The notes under the pieces are model-generated. The model was not told the DNA's origin, made no database searches, and saw nothing but the letters and a program-made list of their open reading frames with translations. Source: an uncultured delta proteobacterium (GTDB lineage: Bacteria > Myxococcota_A > Polyangia > Polyangiales > B10-G4). From it: a DNA stretch of 64,000 nt. A program made the translations under genes and the position numbers. The stretch covers positions 288,001 to 352,000 of the forward strand of contig CAVSGI010000008.1 in the NCBI GenBank assembly GCA_963727445.1, given 5' to 3'. Of this stretch, positions 62,295 to 64,000 are shown piece by piece; positions within the stretch are counted from its first letter, which is position 1, and each line of letters begins with the position of its first letter.

Positions 62295-63863
62295 TCACCC
62301 GGCGTAGCCGCGCAGTATCTGCTTGCGGCGGTCGTCGAGGATGCGGGGAAACTTGGTCTGGACGCTGCCCGAGCCGGCCTCTTGCATGAAGCGCTTCACC
62401 GAGCCGCTGGGCAGCAGAACCAGCTCGGGGGGAAGGATGGCGGTGTCTCCGGAGCGGTGCTCGCGGTAGACCCGGTTCTCGCGACAGAGGGCGTCGTCGA
62501 AGGCGCCGATGAAGGCGTCGACGTCGTTCGGGTGTTGGCCGCCGTCGAACTCGGCGAAGAGCACGTAGCGGCTCTTGGCGCTGTCGTCGATCCCGACATC
62601 GGCCCCGACGCCGTAATCGACCACGGTGCCCTTGGCCGCATTCAGGGCAGCGTCCATGGCGCGCTGGATCTCGACGTGGGTCGTGAGCTCCTGCGTGGTG
62701 GAGAGGCAACCGGAGAGACGGCCGGCGAATTCGACGACATGGGGAGCGGTCGAGGTGAAGCGAACCAGATCGCCCAGCTGGTAGCTGTACATGCCCGAGG
62801 CGTTGGTCACGACGATCGCGTAGTTGGTGTCGGTCTCGACTTCCCACAGCGGCACACGGCGCTGGCTCAGCTGGCCGTCGCTCGTGAGGGGCACGAACTC
62901 GAAGAAGACCCCGCGGTGCGGGATCATGAGCATGCCCTCCCTGCCCGACGCGAAGGCCGTCGAGGCGAAGACGCCGCCCTCGGTGGCGTTGTAGGTGTCG
63001 ATGAGCTCGATCTCGTGGCCCACGCGCTCGCGGATCACCGGCAGGTACGGCGCCGCCGCCACGCCGCCGCCCAGAAGGACGCGCAGGTTCGGCCAGAGCT
63101 CGCCCACGCTGGAGACCTTGCGTCCGCGCCGCTGCGCCGCCTCGAGGAGCTTGTCGAAGAGCAGGGAGAACCAGCAGGTGGTGCCGGTCACCATCCGCAC
63201 GTCGTAGTCGAGGTAGCGGTCGGCGATGCGGTCGAGCTTCGCGTCGTAGTCCGCGATGCACATCGTCGGACGATCGGGCAGGTACACCGGCTTGGTGAGC
63301 GCCGGCAGGTTCTTCGCCATGAGCGCCGGGTTGCAGGTGACCTTGATCGGCCCCTCCTGGCGCATGGTGAGCGGCGGAACCAGGTTCATCACGAACCCGT
63401 CGGTGAAGTCGCGGACGTCGCGCGCCACCAGGTAGCGCGAGAGCGCGTCACCGCCGTTGCCGCGCTGATAGGCGACCTGGCGATCGGTGATCGGCAGGTA
63501 CTTGACCTTGTGCTCGTTGGTGCTGCCGGAGGAGTTGCCGAAGTGCTCGACGAACTCGGGCACGAGGATGTTGCGCTCGCCGCGACGCATCCGGTCGAAG
63601 GAGACCGCGTACGTGTCGTAGTCGGCGACCGGGACGCGGCGACGGTAGTCGTCGTAGCTTCGGATCTCGGCGAAGCCATGGGCGCGCCCGAACTCCGTGT
63701 CCTTTGCGTGACGGAGGAGATCGAGGAGCTGTTTGGTCTGGGCAGCCTCGACGTTTTCGAGGGCCCGATCCCATGCGTGCGTCCGGACGTGAGCCACGGC
63801 CAAAAGGCCCAGCCCAGCGACCCTGGGCATGCCGCTCGAGACGAGCGTGCGGCCGCCCACCAT
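62295..63863 (-). CDS. GH3-family acyl-adenylating amido synthetase
   Basis: SSGST, YNATEG and YQLGD GH3 motifs. Start is ATG 63863 (AAGGA upstream) or ATG 63830. Confidence 0.88.
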   Translation of the reverse strand: MVGGRTLVSSGMPRVAGLGLLAVAHVRTHAWDRALENVEAAQTKQLLDLLRHAKDTEFGRAHGFAEIRSYDDYRRRVPVADYDTYAVSFDRMRRGERNILVPEFVEHFGNSSGSTNEHKVKYLPITDRQVAYQRGNGGDALSRYLVARDVRDFTDGFVMNLVPPLTMRQEGPIKVTCNPALMAKNLPALTKPVYLPDRPTMCIADYDAKLDRIADRYLDYDVRMVTGTTCWFSLLFDKLLEAAQRRGRKVSSVGELWPNLRVLLGGGVAAAPYLPVIRERVGHEIELIDTYNATEGGVFASTAFASGREGMLMIPHRGVFFEFVPLTSDGQLSQRRVPLWEVETDTNYAIVVTNASGMYSYQLGDLVRFTSTAPHVVEFAGRLSGCLSTTQELTTHVEIQRAMDAALNAAKGTVVDYGVGADVGIDDSAKSRYVLFAEFDGGQHPNDVDAFIGAFDDALCRENRVYREHRSGDTAILPPELVLLPSGSVKRFMQEAGSGSVQTKFPRILDDRRKQILRGYAG

Positions 63864-64000
63864 TACTTCCTTGGGTGAAAACACGGGATGAAGTCCCCTC
63901 CGATTCGCGGCACCCTTATACGCTTGAAAATTCGACGCGCAAGCAGCCGCCCGGAGCATGCCCTGGGCCCTCTGCGGAATCTCATGCGTAGCGAATTGCG

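Overview
This is a high-GC bacterial chromosome segment. The gene content (three Ser/Thr kinases, a PEGA/TPR protein, Cys-rich lipoproteins, MXAN_6577-like repeats, MYXO-CTERM sorting signals) points to a myxobacterium, probably Polyangiales-like (inference). It holds about 50 tightly packed CDSs, including putA, an AlaX-like editing protein, a hybrid kinase/response regulator/diguanylate cyclase operon, an ABC-F ATPase, a haloalkane dehalogenase, an ILVBL-like TPP enzyme, corA and xth. At least eight genes are frameshifted, mostly by a net +1 base, which suggests sequencing or assembly error. The standout is a ~2.2-kb gap (32173-34378) with no credible ORF. On the minus strand it reads as a ~1.85-kb densely structured RNA: GNRA/UUCG-capped hairpins, two internally homologous modules, recurring boxA-like motifs, a DnaA-box-flanked promoter and a strand-specific terminator. 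It matches no rRNA, tRNA, RNase P, tmRNA or group II intron signature I can recognise. Two other candidate systems are (i) twin small lipoprotein-like peptides with repeated (V/T)ANL(L/I)xP cores next to a ferritin-like diiron enzyme, a RiPP-like layout, and (ii) a GH3 + inositol-3-P synthase + DegT aminotransferase + flippase-like + MMPL operon, possibly making an N-acyl-aminocyclitol lipid. Many genes appear to be leaderless. All family assignments come from motif recognition by eye; no searches were run.
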